Assembly: GCA_040218735.1 (NCBI GenBank)
Contig: JAVJQW010000010.1
Span: 1 to 17,628, forward strand
Source: Deltaproteobacteria bacterium
GTDB taxonomy: Bacteria; Myxococcota; Kuafuiibacteriia; Kuafuiibacteriales; Kuafuiibacteriaceae
Length of the DNA stretch: 17,628 nucleotides
Direction of reading: 5' to 3'
Shown here: positions 1-7,969 of the stretch, piece by piece
Layout of the letters: each line of letters starts with the position of its first letter
Position numbering within the stretch: the first letter of the stretch is position 1
The notes under the pieces: model-generated
Databases searched by the model: none
What the model was told of the DNA's origin: nothing
Seen by the model: only the letters and a program-made list of their open reading frames with translations
Program-made: the position numbers and the translations under genes

Positions 1-141
1 GGTCGTCGCCGGAACGGTCCCACGGACCACCGCGGCGGCATCGAGATCCCAGCCAACGATCCCGTTCTGGCAGCTTGGGATCTGAGGTCGAGAAAACGGA
101 CGAACGGGCGTCAGGCCGGGATGGGATCGAGAGACGAGACA
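1..141. repeat. Terminal direct repeat, copy 1 (identical to 17488-17628); probable circular-contig overlap
   Basis: GGTCGTCGCCGGAACGGTCC...GAGACGAGACA matches the last 141 nt of the window base for base. Confidence 0.97.
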
Positions 142-394
142 ACAGAGAGTGGGTAGAGAGTGCCGCGTTCTCGGTTAGCAGAACGGGCGCGACCGACCTT
201 CAACCATTCTCTGCGCGAATCGCATCACGATTCCGAGACCTTGGATCTTTGGGCTCTGCCGAGTTGTGGTGGTTCGGACGCCCGTTCGGGCGAAACGACG
301 AACTGGGCCGCGATTGGGGACTGAGCTGGATTGTCGGCCCGGGCGAGGTATGAGGAAGCGGGCCGCCGGATCGTCAGCGCTTTCTACTACGCAG

Positions 395-1144
395 TCAATG
401 CTTTGCTGGCGCGTGAGCCAGCGCCTCCGCCACCGCTCGGCCAAACACGGACTCGGAGCTCGCGACTCCTTCCAGGGAGCCCGCGTAGGTTGTTCGGCCC
501 GCTTCCAGGATTACGAGCCGCGAAGCGAGGTCAGCCGCTTCCTCGGGATCGTGTGTGACGTGCACGACCGTGGCTCGATGTCGGGCAAACAATTCGCGTA
601 GCAGAGCCAGGAGCTCGCGTTTCATGACCACGTCCAGGTTGGCGAGCGGCTCGTCGAGGAGCACTGCGGCAGGAGAGAGGACGAGGGCGCGGGCGATGGC
701 GAGCCGCTGTTGCTCGCCACCCGAGAGCTCTCCCGGGTAGCGTTTTTCGAATCCGCCGAGTCCGACCTGCTCCAGCATCGCATGGATGCGGTCTTCCTCT
801 TCGCCTCGCGTTGTTCGCTGCGATCGCAGGACGAAGCGTAGGTTTCCGGCCGCGGTCAGGTGCGGCCAGAGCGCCAGATCTTGGAATACGACGGCGATAT
901 CGCGATCCTCCGGCGCCACATGGAGCTTGCCGGCAATGCTTGCCAGCTCACCTCGGATCCGCACGGTTCCCTGCTCCGGAAGCGTCAGCCCGAGCAGGAT
1001 ACGCACGAGCGTCGACTTTCCCGAGCCGGAGGGACCGAGCAGCGCAACAACTTCACCCGCGGAGATCGATAGTGAGACGTCATCGATTACACGCACGCTT
1101 CCGCGACGGGCACAGACGCCTTCGATCTCCAGCACCGCGGTCAT
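395..1144 (-). CDS. ABC transporter ATP-binding protein (FbpC/PotA-like, no obvious C-terminal TOBE domain), 249 aa
   Basis: Walker A GPSGSGKS, Q-loop VFQDLALWPHL, signature LSGGEQQR, Walker B VLLDEP, H-loop HVTHD. Start reassigned to MTAVLEIE at 1144, an ATGA overlap with the permease stop. The 518-aa track ORF is over-extended. Confidence 0.93.
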   Translation of the reverse strand: MTAVLEIEGVCARRGSVRVIDDVSLSISAGEVVALLGPSGSGKSTLVRILLGLTLPEQGTVRIRGELASIAGKLHVAPEDRDIAVVFQDLALWPHLTAAGNLRFVLRSQRTTRGEEEDRIHAMLEQVGLGGFEKRYPGELSGGEQQRLAIARALVLSPAAVLLDEPLANLDVVMKRELLALLRELFARHRATVVHVTHDPEEAADLASRLVILEAGRTTYAGSLEGVASSESVFGRAVAEALAHAPAKH

Positions 1145-2736
1145 CTGCGCCCCCAGGATCTTCGTAGGAGCAGGCCGCCGCCAGCGAGGAGCACCGCCGT
1201 CAAAAGGACTTGCAGCACCGAGAGGCCCGTCACCACCTGCTCGGGCCCGTTCGCCTCGAGGGTAAAGGTGCGCACGACCAGCGGCTCGAGGCCGGGCGGA
1301 TAAAACACCACGACGGTATCCAGGTCGCGCAGGCAGAACACCAGCACGATGAGCCACACACCCACGACGCCGCGCGCCTGCATCGGCAGCGAGATTCGCC
1401 AGAGCCTTTGAGCGTAGGCGCTGCCAAAAATCTGGGCCGCCTCCTCGAAGTGCAGTGGGCTGCGGGCGAACACGGAAGCCAGGGCCCGCGTCCCGATCAC
1501 CGCATACCTCGCCGCGAGGCCCAGTACGAGGATCGCCATGGTCGTGTACACGACCTGTGTCCGCGGATGATTCCAGGTGGCGATCAGGCCCACACCGAGG
1601 ACCGACGCCGGCATCATGAACGTCAGCAAGGCCAGCGCATCGAACGTCCGGGCAAGAGGGCGGTCCCGAGCAAGGGCGTGACCCACCAAGACCCCGATGA
1701 CCACGATGACACCGGAGGAAAGCAAGCTCGACAGCAGGCTCGTCGAGAGACTGCCGCGTATCCAAGTGACCGCCTCGGAGATGCCGTGCGGTCCGGCGCG
1801 AGCAGCGAGCGCTCCGAGGGGCACGAGCGGAGCGACAATGCAGATCCACACGAGCGCACTGGCGATCGTGCGTGCTCGTCCCAAGGGCAACACCGTGGTC
1901 TCGTCCGAACGGACCCCAAGGGAGGCAAACGAACGCGTCCTGATGACCCACCTGTCGATCGCGACGAGGACGAGTCCGATCGCGAACAGCGGCAGGATGA
2001 GAGCGACCGCCTCGCCCGGCGCGTACTGAATGCCGCCGATGCGGGTGAAGACGGCCGCCGAGTACGTGCGCACCCCGAGAAACATGGGCACGCCGACCTC
2101 GGAGACAGAGAGCGCAAAGACGATCAGCGCGCCAAGAGCGATGGAGGGCCAGCAGAGCGGCAGAAGGATCCGGGTGACGGTCCGCCAGGGCGAGCTGACC
2201 ACCTGGGCCGCCTCTTCCAGCGACGGGTTGATGCCGTGAAGGCCGAGCACGGTGAGCGCGCTGACGATGGGCGAAAGCGCCAGCGTCAGGGTAACGACAA
2301 CGCCCGCTTCACCGAACAGGGTGCTCGAGGTCCATGTCGAGCCCAAAGGCCCCTCTGTGCCGAAGAGTTGAAACCAGCCGAGGGCCAGGAGAAACGGCGG
2401 CAAAAACACGGGGAACAGATGGAGCCACAGTGCGGCCTTGCGACCGGCGACATCCATGCGACCGAGCAGAACGCCAAGCGGCACGCCGAGCGTTAACGCA
2501 GAGGCCGTCGTGGCGAGCCCGAGCCCGGTCGTCTTCGCAAGCAAGCTCCATGGGCGCGAGGCACCGAGGGTCGTTCGAAGCTGCGCGAGCGCGTCCTCCG
2601 ACCAGAGTTCGGCGCCAAGCACGACAAGCGGGAATGCACAGCAGACCATCAGCGCCGCCGCGCCGAGCCCGAATAGGGCGGCCTCCTCTTGTTTTCGAAC
2701 GAGCGTCCTCAAAGGCCTACCCAATCGCGAAGCCAT
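1141..2736 (-). CDS. Fe3+-family ABC transporter permease (FbpB-like, two fused BPD_transp_1 halves)
   Basis: Many hydrophobic segments, two EAA loops (SLEEAAQVVSS, HFEEAAQIFGS), located between the binding protein and the ATPase. The start could instead be TTG at 2712, overlapping the upstream stop. Confidence 0.9.
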   Translation of the reverse strand: MASRLGRPLRTLVRKQEEAALFGLGAAALMVCCAFPLVVLGAELWSEDALAQLRTTLGASRPWSLLAKTTGLGLATTASALTLGVPLGVLLGRMDVAGRKAALWLHLFPVFLPPFLLALGWFQLFGTEGPLGSTWTSSTLFGEAGVVVTLTLALSPIVSALTVLGLHGINPSLEEAAQVVSSPWRTVTRILLPLCWPSIALGALIVFALSVSEVGVPMFLGVRTYSAAVFTRIGGIQYAPGEAVALILPLFAIGLVLVAIDRWVIRTRSFASLGVRSDETTVLPLGRARTIASALVWICIVAPLVPLGALAARAGPHGISEAVTWIRGSLSTSLLSSLLSSGVIVVIGVLVGHALARDRPLARTFDALALLTFMMPASVLGVGLIATWNHPRTQVVYTTMAILVLGLAARYAVIGTRALASVFARSPLHFEEAAQIFGSAYAQRLWRISLPMQARGVVGVWLIVLVFCLRDLDTVVVFYPPGLEPLVVRTFTLEANGPEQVVTGLSVLQVLLTAVLLAGGGLLLRRSWGRR

Positions 2737-3740
2737 GGTTGAATCCGCTCCATGACCCGTGCGACCTCGGCGTAGTCCACCTCCATGGCGCGCAGACTAT
2801 CGACACCTCGTACGCCGTCAGGAACACTGACGCCCGCGCGCAGCGGCATGTGCGCGGCGCTCTCGGCCAGGCGCCGCTCGACCTCGCCAGACAGCAGGCA
2901 GTCGATGAGCCGTCGCCCCGCCTCGGGATGAGGTGCGCCCTTCATGAGCACGACAACAGTGGGCATCACCAGCGTCCCCAGGTCGTCTTGGTCCGGGTAC
3001 ACGACGCGGACCGGTGCACCATCGCCCATCGCTTCATGGGCGTCGTCGGTGTCGGTGAGCCCGAACGCGATCTCTCCCGAGGCGACGAGCCGCTTCACCT
3101 CGCCGTTCGAGCTGGCAATCCGCACGTCGTTTTTCTTGAGCCGGCCCAAAAAGGCCTTGGCCTCGTCGTCGCCCCACACCGAAAACAGCGCGGCCACGTG
3201 CATGGTCGTGGTGCCGAACAGCGGGTTGGCAATTGCGGTACGTCCCTTCCACTTCAGGTCGGCCAAGTCACGGATCGACCGCGGTGTTCGGTCGTCCGGG
3301 ACGAGTCTGTTGTTAACGAGGAGCACACGTGCGCGGGCAGCAAATCCGGTCCACGTTCCGTCCTCGGCGCGGAGGCTGCGAGGGAGCGCGTTCGCAACCG
3401 GCGAGCGATAAGGCTCGATCAAACCTCGGCTCACCAGCATGAACGGACGAACAGGATCTCCCGACCAGAAGACATCCGCCTGTGGGTTCGCCGCTTCGGC
3501 GATGAGCCGGTTGAGCACGCCGGTGCTCTTGGTTTCTTCCGTGTCGAACAGCCCGCGGACGGTTGTTTTCGCTGCGTCTTCGCAATAGCGAAACACAGGT
3601 TCCGAGAACACTTGGTCGACGGAGGTGTAGGCGACGGCGCGACTGTCTTTCGAGTTACAACCGTCGCAGCTTGTGATCCCGCAGAGCACTATTACGCTGC
3701 ATAGACGACCGATTACTCCCTTCTTGATATCCGTGTTCAT
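2709..3740 (-). CDS. ABC substrate-binding protein, Fe3+/thiamine-like PBP2 family, probable lipoprotein, 343 aa
   Basis: VAYTSVDQ, RLIAEAANPQADVFWS, WTGFAARARVLLVN, WKGRTAIANPLFGTT, VVYPDQ. Hydrophobic N-terminus ending in Cys (ITSC). Confidence 0.88.
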   Translation of the reverse strand: MNTDIKKGVIGRLCSVIVLCGITSCDGCNSKDSRAVAYTSVDQVFSEPVFRYCEDAAKTTVRGLFDTEETKSTGVLNRLIAEAANPQADVFWSGDPVRPFMLVSRGLIEPYRSPVANALPRSLRAEDGTWTGFAARARVLLVNNRLVPDDRTPRSIRDLADLKWKGRTAIANPLFGTTTMHVAALFSVWGDDEAKAFLGRLKKNDVRIASSNGEVKRLVASGEIAFGLTDTDDAHEAMGDGAPVRVVYPDQDDLGTLVMPTVVVLMKGAPHPEAGRRLIDCLLSGEVERRLAESAAHMPLRAGVSVPDGVRGVDSLRAMEVDYAEVARVMERIQPWLRDWVGL

Positions 3741-3748
3741 GATCGGGC

Positions 3749-4666
3749 TCAGCGCTGCTCAAAGACCAGCTCCAGAACACCGGAGGCCTTGTCCATTTCG
3801 CCCGTGCGGTCATGCGTTGCCACTGCAAAGCGAAAGCTCCGTCCAGTGTGGAACGCGGTGTCGTCGGGATGACCAGTATCCAGTTGTCTGCCAAGCTCCA
3901 ACGTCCACCGTCCCGCTGTGCAGCTACCCTTGGCCCTCACATCAGCGGCGCTGCCGGTCGGAGTGCCGAGCAAGTACTGAGGCACCCGATCATCTTCGCG
4001 GGAGTCGGGCGCCGGCTGCTTTCTTTCGACGGTGGCACCATCATCTTCAGGCCGGGCGATCCAGATGTGTCCCCCGCCGCTTTCAACGAGAAACTCGTTG
4101 GCCTTGCCCTCGGGTCGATGCCGAGTGTACCGGTGAGACCGATCCATGGCGTAGCCGACCGGGTTGGTGCGAGTGGCCTTCCAGTGCCAGACGTCCCAGA
4201 CCGCTTCCTGGCCGGACAGCATGTTGCCGTCAAAGGGGCCCTCCAGCTCGAAGGCCACCGAGAACATGTCCTCGCGCTCTGGTCCCACTTCGTAGCTACC
4301 TGTTTCCTCGTTCCAAACCCACGGCTTGTGTTCCTGGGCGTCGCAGGTCCCGTCCTGCCAGGTTGCCAGCAGGTAGATGTGGGAGTCGGTATGGACCGCG
4401 CGAAGCTCAACGGCTGTTGTGGCTCCATCCAGCGGCGGAACCACCCGTCGCGTCGTTACTCCGAGAGTCTTGGCCCGTTGCCACGCTTCATCACGGGCCG
4501 TGCCGTCGAGCTCGGGGATTTCGGACCCGTAGACCGAAACCAGGCGGGGGAGACCTTCTTCAGACGAGACATGGACCGTGGAGGACGGTTTCGACGGCGA
4601 TTGATGGACACAGGCCACACCGTACGCGGCAAATAGGCCAAAAACCGAGTATCTAACAAAACGCAT
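3749..4666 (-). CDS. Ethylbenzene dehydrogenase-related (EB_dh/DOMON-type) haem b-binding lipoprotein, ~305 aa
   Basis: VELRAVHTDSHIYLLATWQD, EDMFSVAF, DVWHWKATRTNP, GRWTLELGRQLDTGHPDD are typical of EB_dh-like domains. Signal MRFVRYSVFGLFAAYGVAC. An alternative in-frame ATG at 4756 has RBS AAGGGAG. Confidence 0.75.
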   Translation of the reverse strand: MRFVRYSVFGLFAAYGVACVHQSPSKPSSTVHVSSEEGLPRLVSVYGSEIPELDGTARDEAWQRAKTLGVTTRRVVPPLDGATTAVELRAVHTDSHIYLLATWQDGTCDAQEHKPWVWNEETGSYEVGPEREDMFSVAFELEGPFDGNMLSGQEAVWDVWHWKATRTNPVGYAMDRSHRYTRHRPEGKANEFLVESGGGHIWIARPEDDGATVERKQPAPDSREDDRVPQYLLGTPTGSAADVRAKGSCTAGRWTLELGRQLDTGHPDDTAFHTGRSFRFAVATHDRTGEMDKASGVLELVFEQR

Positions 4667-4778
4667 GGGTCTTCTCCTCTTCTCATCGTGAATGGCAGCT
4701 CTTCTTGGCGACGAGCATGTGAGACCTCTCGCGATGATCAACTTCCATCTCTTCATGAATGCTCCCCTTCCATCCCGC

Positions 4779-5318
4779 TTAACGATTCTTGATGACTTCG
4801 ATTCGGGTCGCTGGACTTTCCCATGTGCCGTGAAGTGCACAGTGCTCTTGGGATGTCAGCGTAGCCGACGCTTCGAGCGTCAACTGAAATGTCACGACGG
4901 GCTGAGTCATCAAGGGCGTGAGGGTCGTGTGCCCAACGATCACGCGATCAACCATGAGATTGATCCAATCGATATAATGAAAGACCTGCATCTCGTGCAT
5001 CTCCTCGACGCCTACCTCGATCTTCACGTCGAAGGCCTCGAGAGCCCGGACCTTTTTCGGGGCGACGATCTTCGGAACGTGGCCTCGCTCATGGCCTTCG
5101 TAACGCGATGGGTTTCGTGCACGATTCACCTTTCGAAAGAGCTTCTCGTCGACGTTATAGACCTTTCGCTCCAGTTCTCGTTGGAGCTCCTGCTTTAGCC
5201 GTTTCTTTTCTTTCGCACTCAGCGATGGTGGGCCCGCGTAGGCCAGCGTCCCCGGCAGAAGCAGTGCCCCCGCGCCGATCGCACTGTTGAGGAACTGTCT
5301 GCGATGCTTGTCCTTCAT
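4779..5318 (-). CDS. Tat-signal superoxide reductase-like protein (desulfoferrodoxin ferrous domain / class II SOR-like), 179 aa
   Basis: Twin-arginine RRQFL followed by a hydrophobic stretch and AYA. The Fe(His)4Cys ligand pattern is present: GHVPKI, HEM, HYIDWI, HCALHGTW. RBS AAGGAG upstream. Confidence 0.85.
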   Translation of the reverse strand: MKDKHRRQFLNSAIGAGALLLPGTLAYAGPPSLSAKEKKRLKQELQRELERKVYNVDEKLFRKVNRARNPSRYEGHERGHVPKIVAPKKVRALEAFDVKIEVGVEEMHEMQVFHYIDWINLMVDRVIVGHTTLTPLMTQPVVTFQLTLEASATLTSQEHCALHGTWESPATRIEVIKNR

Positions 5319-5368
5319 GCCTCATAACTCCTTTTCTCTTGGTGATGGCATCATGAGTTGCTGCGCTT

Positions 5369-6055
5369 TCATGATCGCTCGATCGGCGCCAGCGGGACGA
5401 CAATCAGGAGAGACAGTGACCACCCAGTGGCGTCGTCGAGGTAGCGTTCGCCGTCGATAACATCTCCCTGCCGTGGCAATCCGGTCGCGAGATAGTCGAA
5501 CGACGCTTCGGCAGACACGTGCCGTAGCCAGTTCGGTGGCGGCAGCCAGTTGAATACGTAAAAGGCGACATCGAGCTCGAGATCCAGCTTGTGGGTATAG
5601 GCACTGCTGCCTCCGGGACGCGCCCGTGGACTCAGCTGATCGATGATGTCGAAGTGCGCGCCGATCCATCCGTCCGTCCACTCCTTCCAGAGGAAGATGA
5701 GATTGAGCTCGGCTTCGAACTCCAAGGCGTTGTCGTCCCCAAAGGGCGTAACAATGGTCTCGAAGGTGAGCTCGACAAACGGGAGCTCGGTCGGAATCCC
5801 CAGGGATAGCGTAACTTGAAACACCGGATCTGCGACGAGACGCCGGCTCTGCCCCGTCGCAACGTCCTCGATTCGAGGCGCGGCAATGAGGTTGCCGATG
5901 GAAAGGGTCGGCTCGAGATTGAGCTCTGGTGTGCAGAGCAGAAAGCACGAATCCGTCTCCTCTTCCTCGGCCGCCACCGGTGTCGCCACAAACAGGCTCG
6001 ACATCATGAGTCCGCTCACGGCCCAACACAGTTTTCTCTGTGCGGCTCCCACCAT
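5369..6055 (-). CDS. Hypothetical exported protein, 228 aa, possibly outer-membrane or beta-rich
   Basis: Signal-like N-terminus (LMMSSLFVATPVAA), CFLLC, several alternating polar/hydrophobic segments. Starts 6 nt after the chrA stop. Confidence 0.7.
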   Translation of the reverse strand: MVGAAQRKLCWAVSGLMMSSLFVATPVAAEEEETDSCFLLCTPELNLEPTLSIGNLIAAPRIEDVATGQSRRLVADPVFQVTLSLGIPTELPFVELTFETIVTPFGDDNALEFEAELNLIFLWKEWTDGWIGAHFDIIDQLSPRARPGGSSAYTHKLDLELDVAFYVFNWLPPPNWLRHVSAEASFDYLATGLPRQGDVIDGERYLDDATGWSLSLLIVVPLAPIERS

Positions 6056-6061
6056 CAGCCG

Positions 6062-7468
6062 TCATCCCCAAAGCACCCGCGCAACCATGCCCACAGCAGC
6101 GCTAATTCCGAGGACAGGCAGCATGCGAACCTTGAAACGAAGCATGGCAACGAATGCAGCGGCGGCGATGACGAGCGCCACAACGTCGATCGACCCGAGC
6201 GACGGAACGAGCAAGCGAACGCCGAGCAGCCCGCGTCGTTCCGACACCTCGGCAAAGATCACGTGAAGCGCGAACCAGACCCCGAGATTCAGGACCACGC
6301 CAACCACCGCCGCGGTGATCGCAGACAGCGCCGCCGAGAGTCGCTGGTTTCCACGCAGCCGCTCGATGTAGGGAGCACCGAGGAAGATCCAGAGAAAGCA
6401 CGGGACGAACGTGACCCAAGTGGTGAGGATCGCTCCCAGCGTTCCGGCAACAAACGGGTCGAGCGGCCCGGGGTTGCGAAACGCCCCCATGAATCCGACG
6501 AACTGCACGACCTGGATCAGCGGGCCCGGTGTCGTCTCGGCCATTCCAAGACCGTCCAGCATCTCGCCGGCTCGTAGCCAGCCGTAGCGCTCGACCGCCT
6601 GCTGGGCGATGTAGGCCAGGACGGCATAGGCGCCGCCGAAGGTGACCACCGCCGCCTTGCTGAAAAACACGCCTTCGAGCACGAACACGTTGGCAAGGCC
6701 AAGCGCGGCGGCAAGAGCTGCCAACGGAGCAAACCAGAGCACCAAGCAAACCACCAGCACACGGAGAGCGCGCCCGAGTCGCGGACGCGTGTGCTCGGGC
6801 GCCTGCCGATCGAGGAGCGTATCGACCGCCGCTTCGCTCTCTGCCTTAGCCTCGTGAGGTCGAATGACGACAAATGTCTGCGGACGAAGCAAGCCGCCCA
6901 CGAGCCCCGTGATACCGGCGGTGATGACGATGATGGGAAACGGGAGCTCGAAGAAAAAAATCCCGACGAACGCCAGGACGGCGATAGAAAACATCGCGGC
7001 GTTCTTGATGACGCGCCGTCCGATCCGGAGGACCCCCTCGACGACGACCGCGAGCACCGCTGCCTTGAGCCCGAAGAACAGCGCCGCGACCACACCCACG
7101 CCCTGGAATGCGGCGTAGAGGTAGCTGAGCGCCAGAATGGCGATGAAACCTGGCAGAACGAACAACGATCCGGCCATCAGCCCGCCCTTCGTCCCGTGGA
7201 GCAGCCAGCCGATATATGTCGCGAGCTGTTGCGCCTCCGGTCCCGGAAGCAGCATGCAGTAATTAAGCGCGTGCAGAAAGCGGTGCTCGCTGACCCATCG
7301 TTTCTCATCCACGAGGATGCGGTGCATCACCGCGATCTGCCCCGCTGGTCCTCCGAAGCTCTGCAGCCCCACGCGGATCCACACGGAAACTGCTGCGCTA
7401 AATGGAACCACCGTGGCGGGGTCTTCAGTCGCCGGCGAATGCAGCGCTGTTGGATTGCTATCAGTCAT
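6062..7468 (-). CDS. chrA: Chromate efflux transporter ChrA (long-chain, two-domain CHR family), 468 aa
   Basis: SFGGPAGQIAVMH, LNYCMLLPGPEAQQLATYIGW, TFGGAYAVL, GMAETTPGPLI. Start placed at ATG 7468, which overlaps the upstream gene's stop by 8 nt. Confidence 0.95.
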   Translation of the reverse strand: MTDSNPTALHSPATEDPATVVPFSAAVSVWIRVGLQSFGGPAGQIAVMHRILVDEKRWVSEHRFLHALNYCMLLPGPEAQQLATYIGWLLHGTKGGLMAGSLFVLPGFIAILALSYLYAAFQGVGVVAALFFGLKAAVLAVVVEGVLRIGRRVIKNAAMFSIAVLAFVGIFFFELPFPIIVITAGITGLVGGLLRPQTFVVIRPHEAKAESEAAVDTLLDRQAPEHTRPRLGRALRVLVVCLVLWFAPLAALAAALGLANVFVLEGVFFSKAAVVTFGGAYAVLAYIAQQAVERYGWLRAGEMLDGLGMAETTPGPLIQVVQFVGFMGAFRNPGPLDPFVAGTLGAILTTWVTFVPCFLWIFLGAPYIERLRGNQRLSAALSAITAAVVGVVLNLGVWFALHVIFAEVSERRGLLGVRLLVPSLGSIDVVALVIAAAAFVAMLRFKVRMLPVLGISAAVGMVARVLWG

Positions 7469-7886
7469 TTTCGTGGGTCCCAGGTTGGCCACGTAGACGT
7501 GGTCCCTCACACGCTCGACCTAAGAGGATGAGAAGGGCCAGGGGCGCCCCCCAGTTTGGACCTCTCTCCACAAAATCCAAAAACGATGCTCCGGTGAGCG
7601 GTCGCAACGAGGCCGTGAAAAAGCCCCAAAAGGCCATCCATCCCAACACCAGGCGACTTCGGGATCGGGGCCAGAGGACATAGAGCGCAAGAACGATGTC
7701 GAGGCACCCGACGCCGCGCATCAGAACGCCTGCCCATTCATCGGAGAAGCCGAAGACAGTGATGAACGGCAGCCAAGGCTCGTGAAGACTGACCGCGTAG
7801 GATCCGTGCCCGATGAACTCGAGTGCAACTGCGACACGGAGGACCCACTCGACCCGTCTCGATTCTGGAATGCTCAACGCGCTCAC
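7461..7886 (-). CDS. DoxX-like small membrane protein, 141 aa
   Basis: About four TM segments, LRVAVALEFIGHG, GVGCLDIVLA, ASLRPLTG...FVERGPNWGAPLALL. GTG start coupled to the upstream mini-ORF. Confidence 0.7.
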   Translation of the reverse strand: MSALSIPESRRVEWVLRVAVALEFIGHGSYAVSLHEPWLPFITVFGFSDEWAGVLMRGVGCLDIVLALYVLWPRSRSRLVLGWMAFWGFFTASLRPLTGASFLDFVERGPNWGAPLALLILLGRACEGPRLRGQPGTHEND

Positions 7887-7969
7887 TCCCTACCCTGAGC
7901 TTCGAGTGCAGCCCGGAACCCGCGCGCAAGATCGCCGGCCAGCAGGACGAATGGTGCGGCGCACTTCAT
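7883..7969 (-). CDS. 28-aa mini-ORF MKCAAPFVLLAGDLARGFRAALEAQGRE (coupling peptide or gene remnant)
   Basis: RBS GAGGTG, ATGA overlap with the upstream stop (7966-7969) and GTGA overlap with the downstream start (7883-7886). It fills the intergenic gap exactly. Confidence 0.45.
   Translation of the reverse strand: MKCAAPFVLLAGDLARGFRAALEAQGRE

Noticed and set aside
1-141. Terminal repeat as a biological LTR or phage direct terminal repeat
   Set aside because: The length equals a common assembler k-mer, the repeat cuts through a gene start inside the transposon, and there are no phage genes.
330-394. Rho-independent terminator after the ABC ATPase
   Set aside because: No convincing stem followed by a U-tract on the minus strand.
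1145-1951. N-terminal extension of the 518-aa ATPase ORF
   Set aside because: It overlaps the permease in another frame and has low-complexity Arg/Gly/Pro content. The real start is 1144.
1210-4656. Long plus-strand ORFs (1210-2496, 2334-3704, 3673-4656, 3812-4636), and similar ones at 9582-10769 and 15037-16044
   Set aside because: Antisense shadows of well-supported minus-strand genes in high-GC DNA, with no recognisable motifs.
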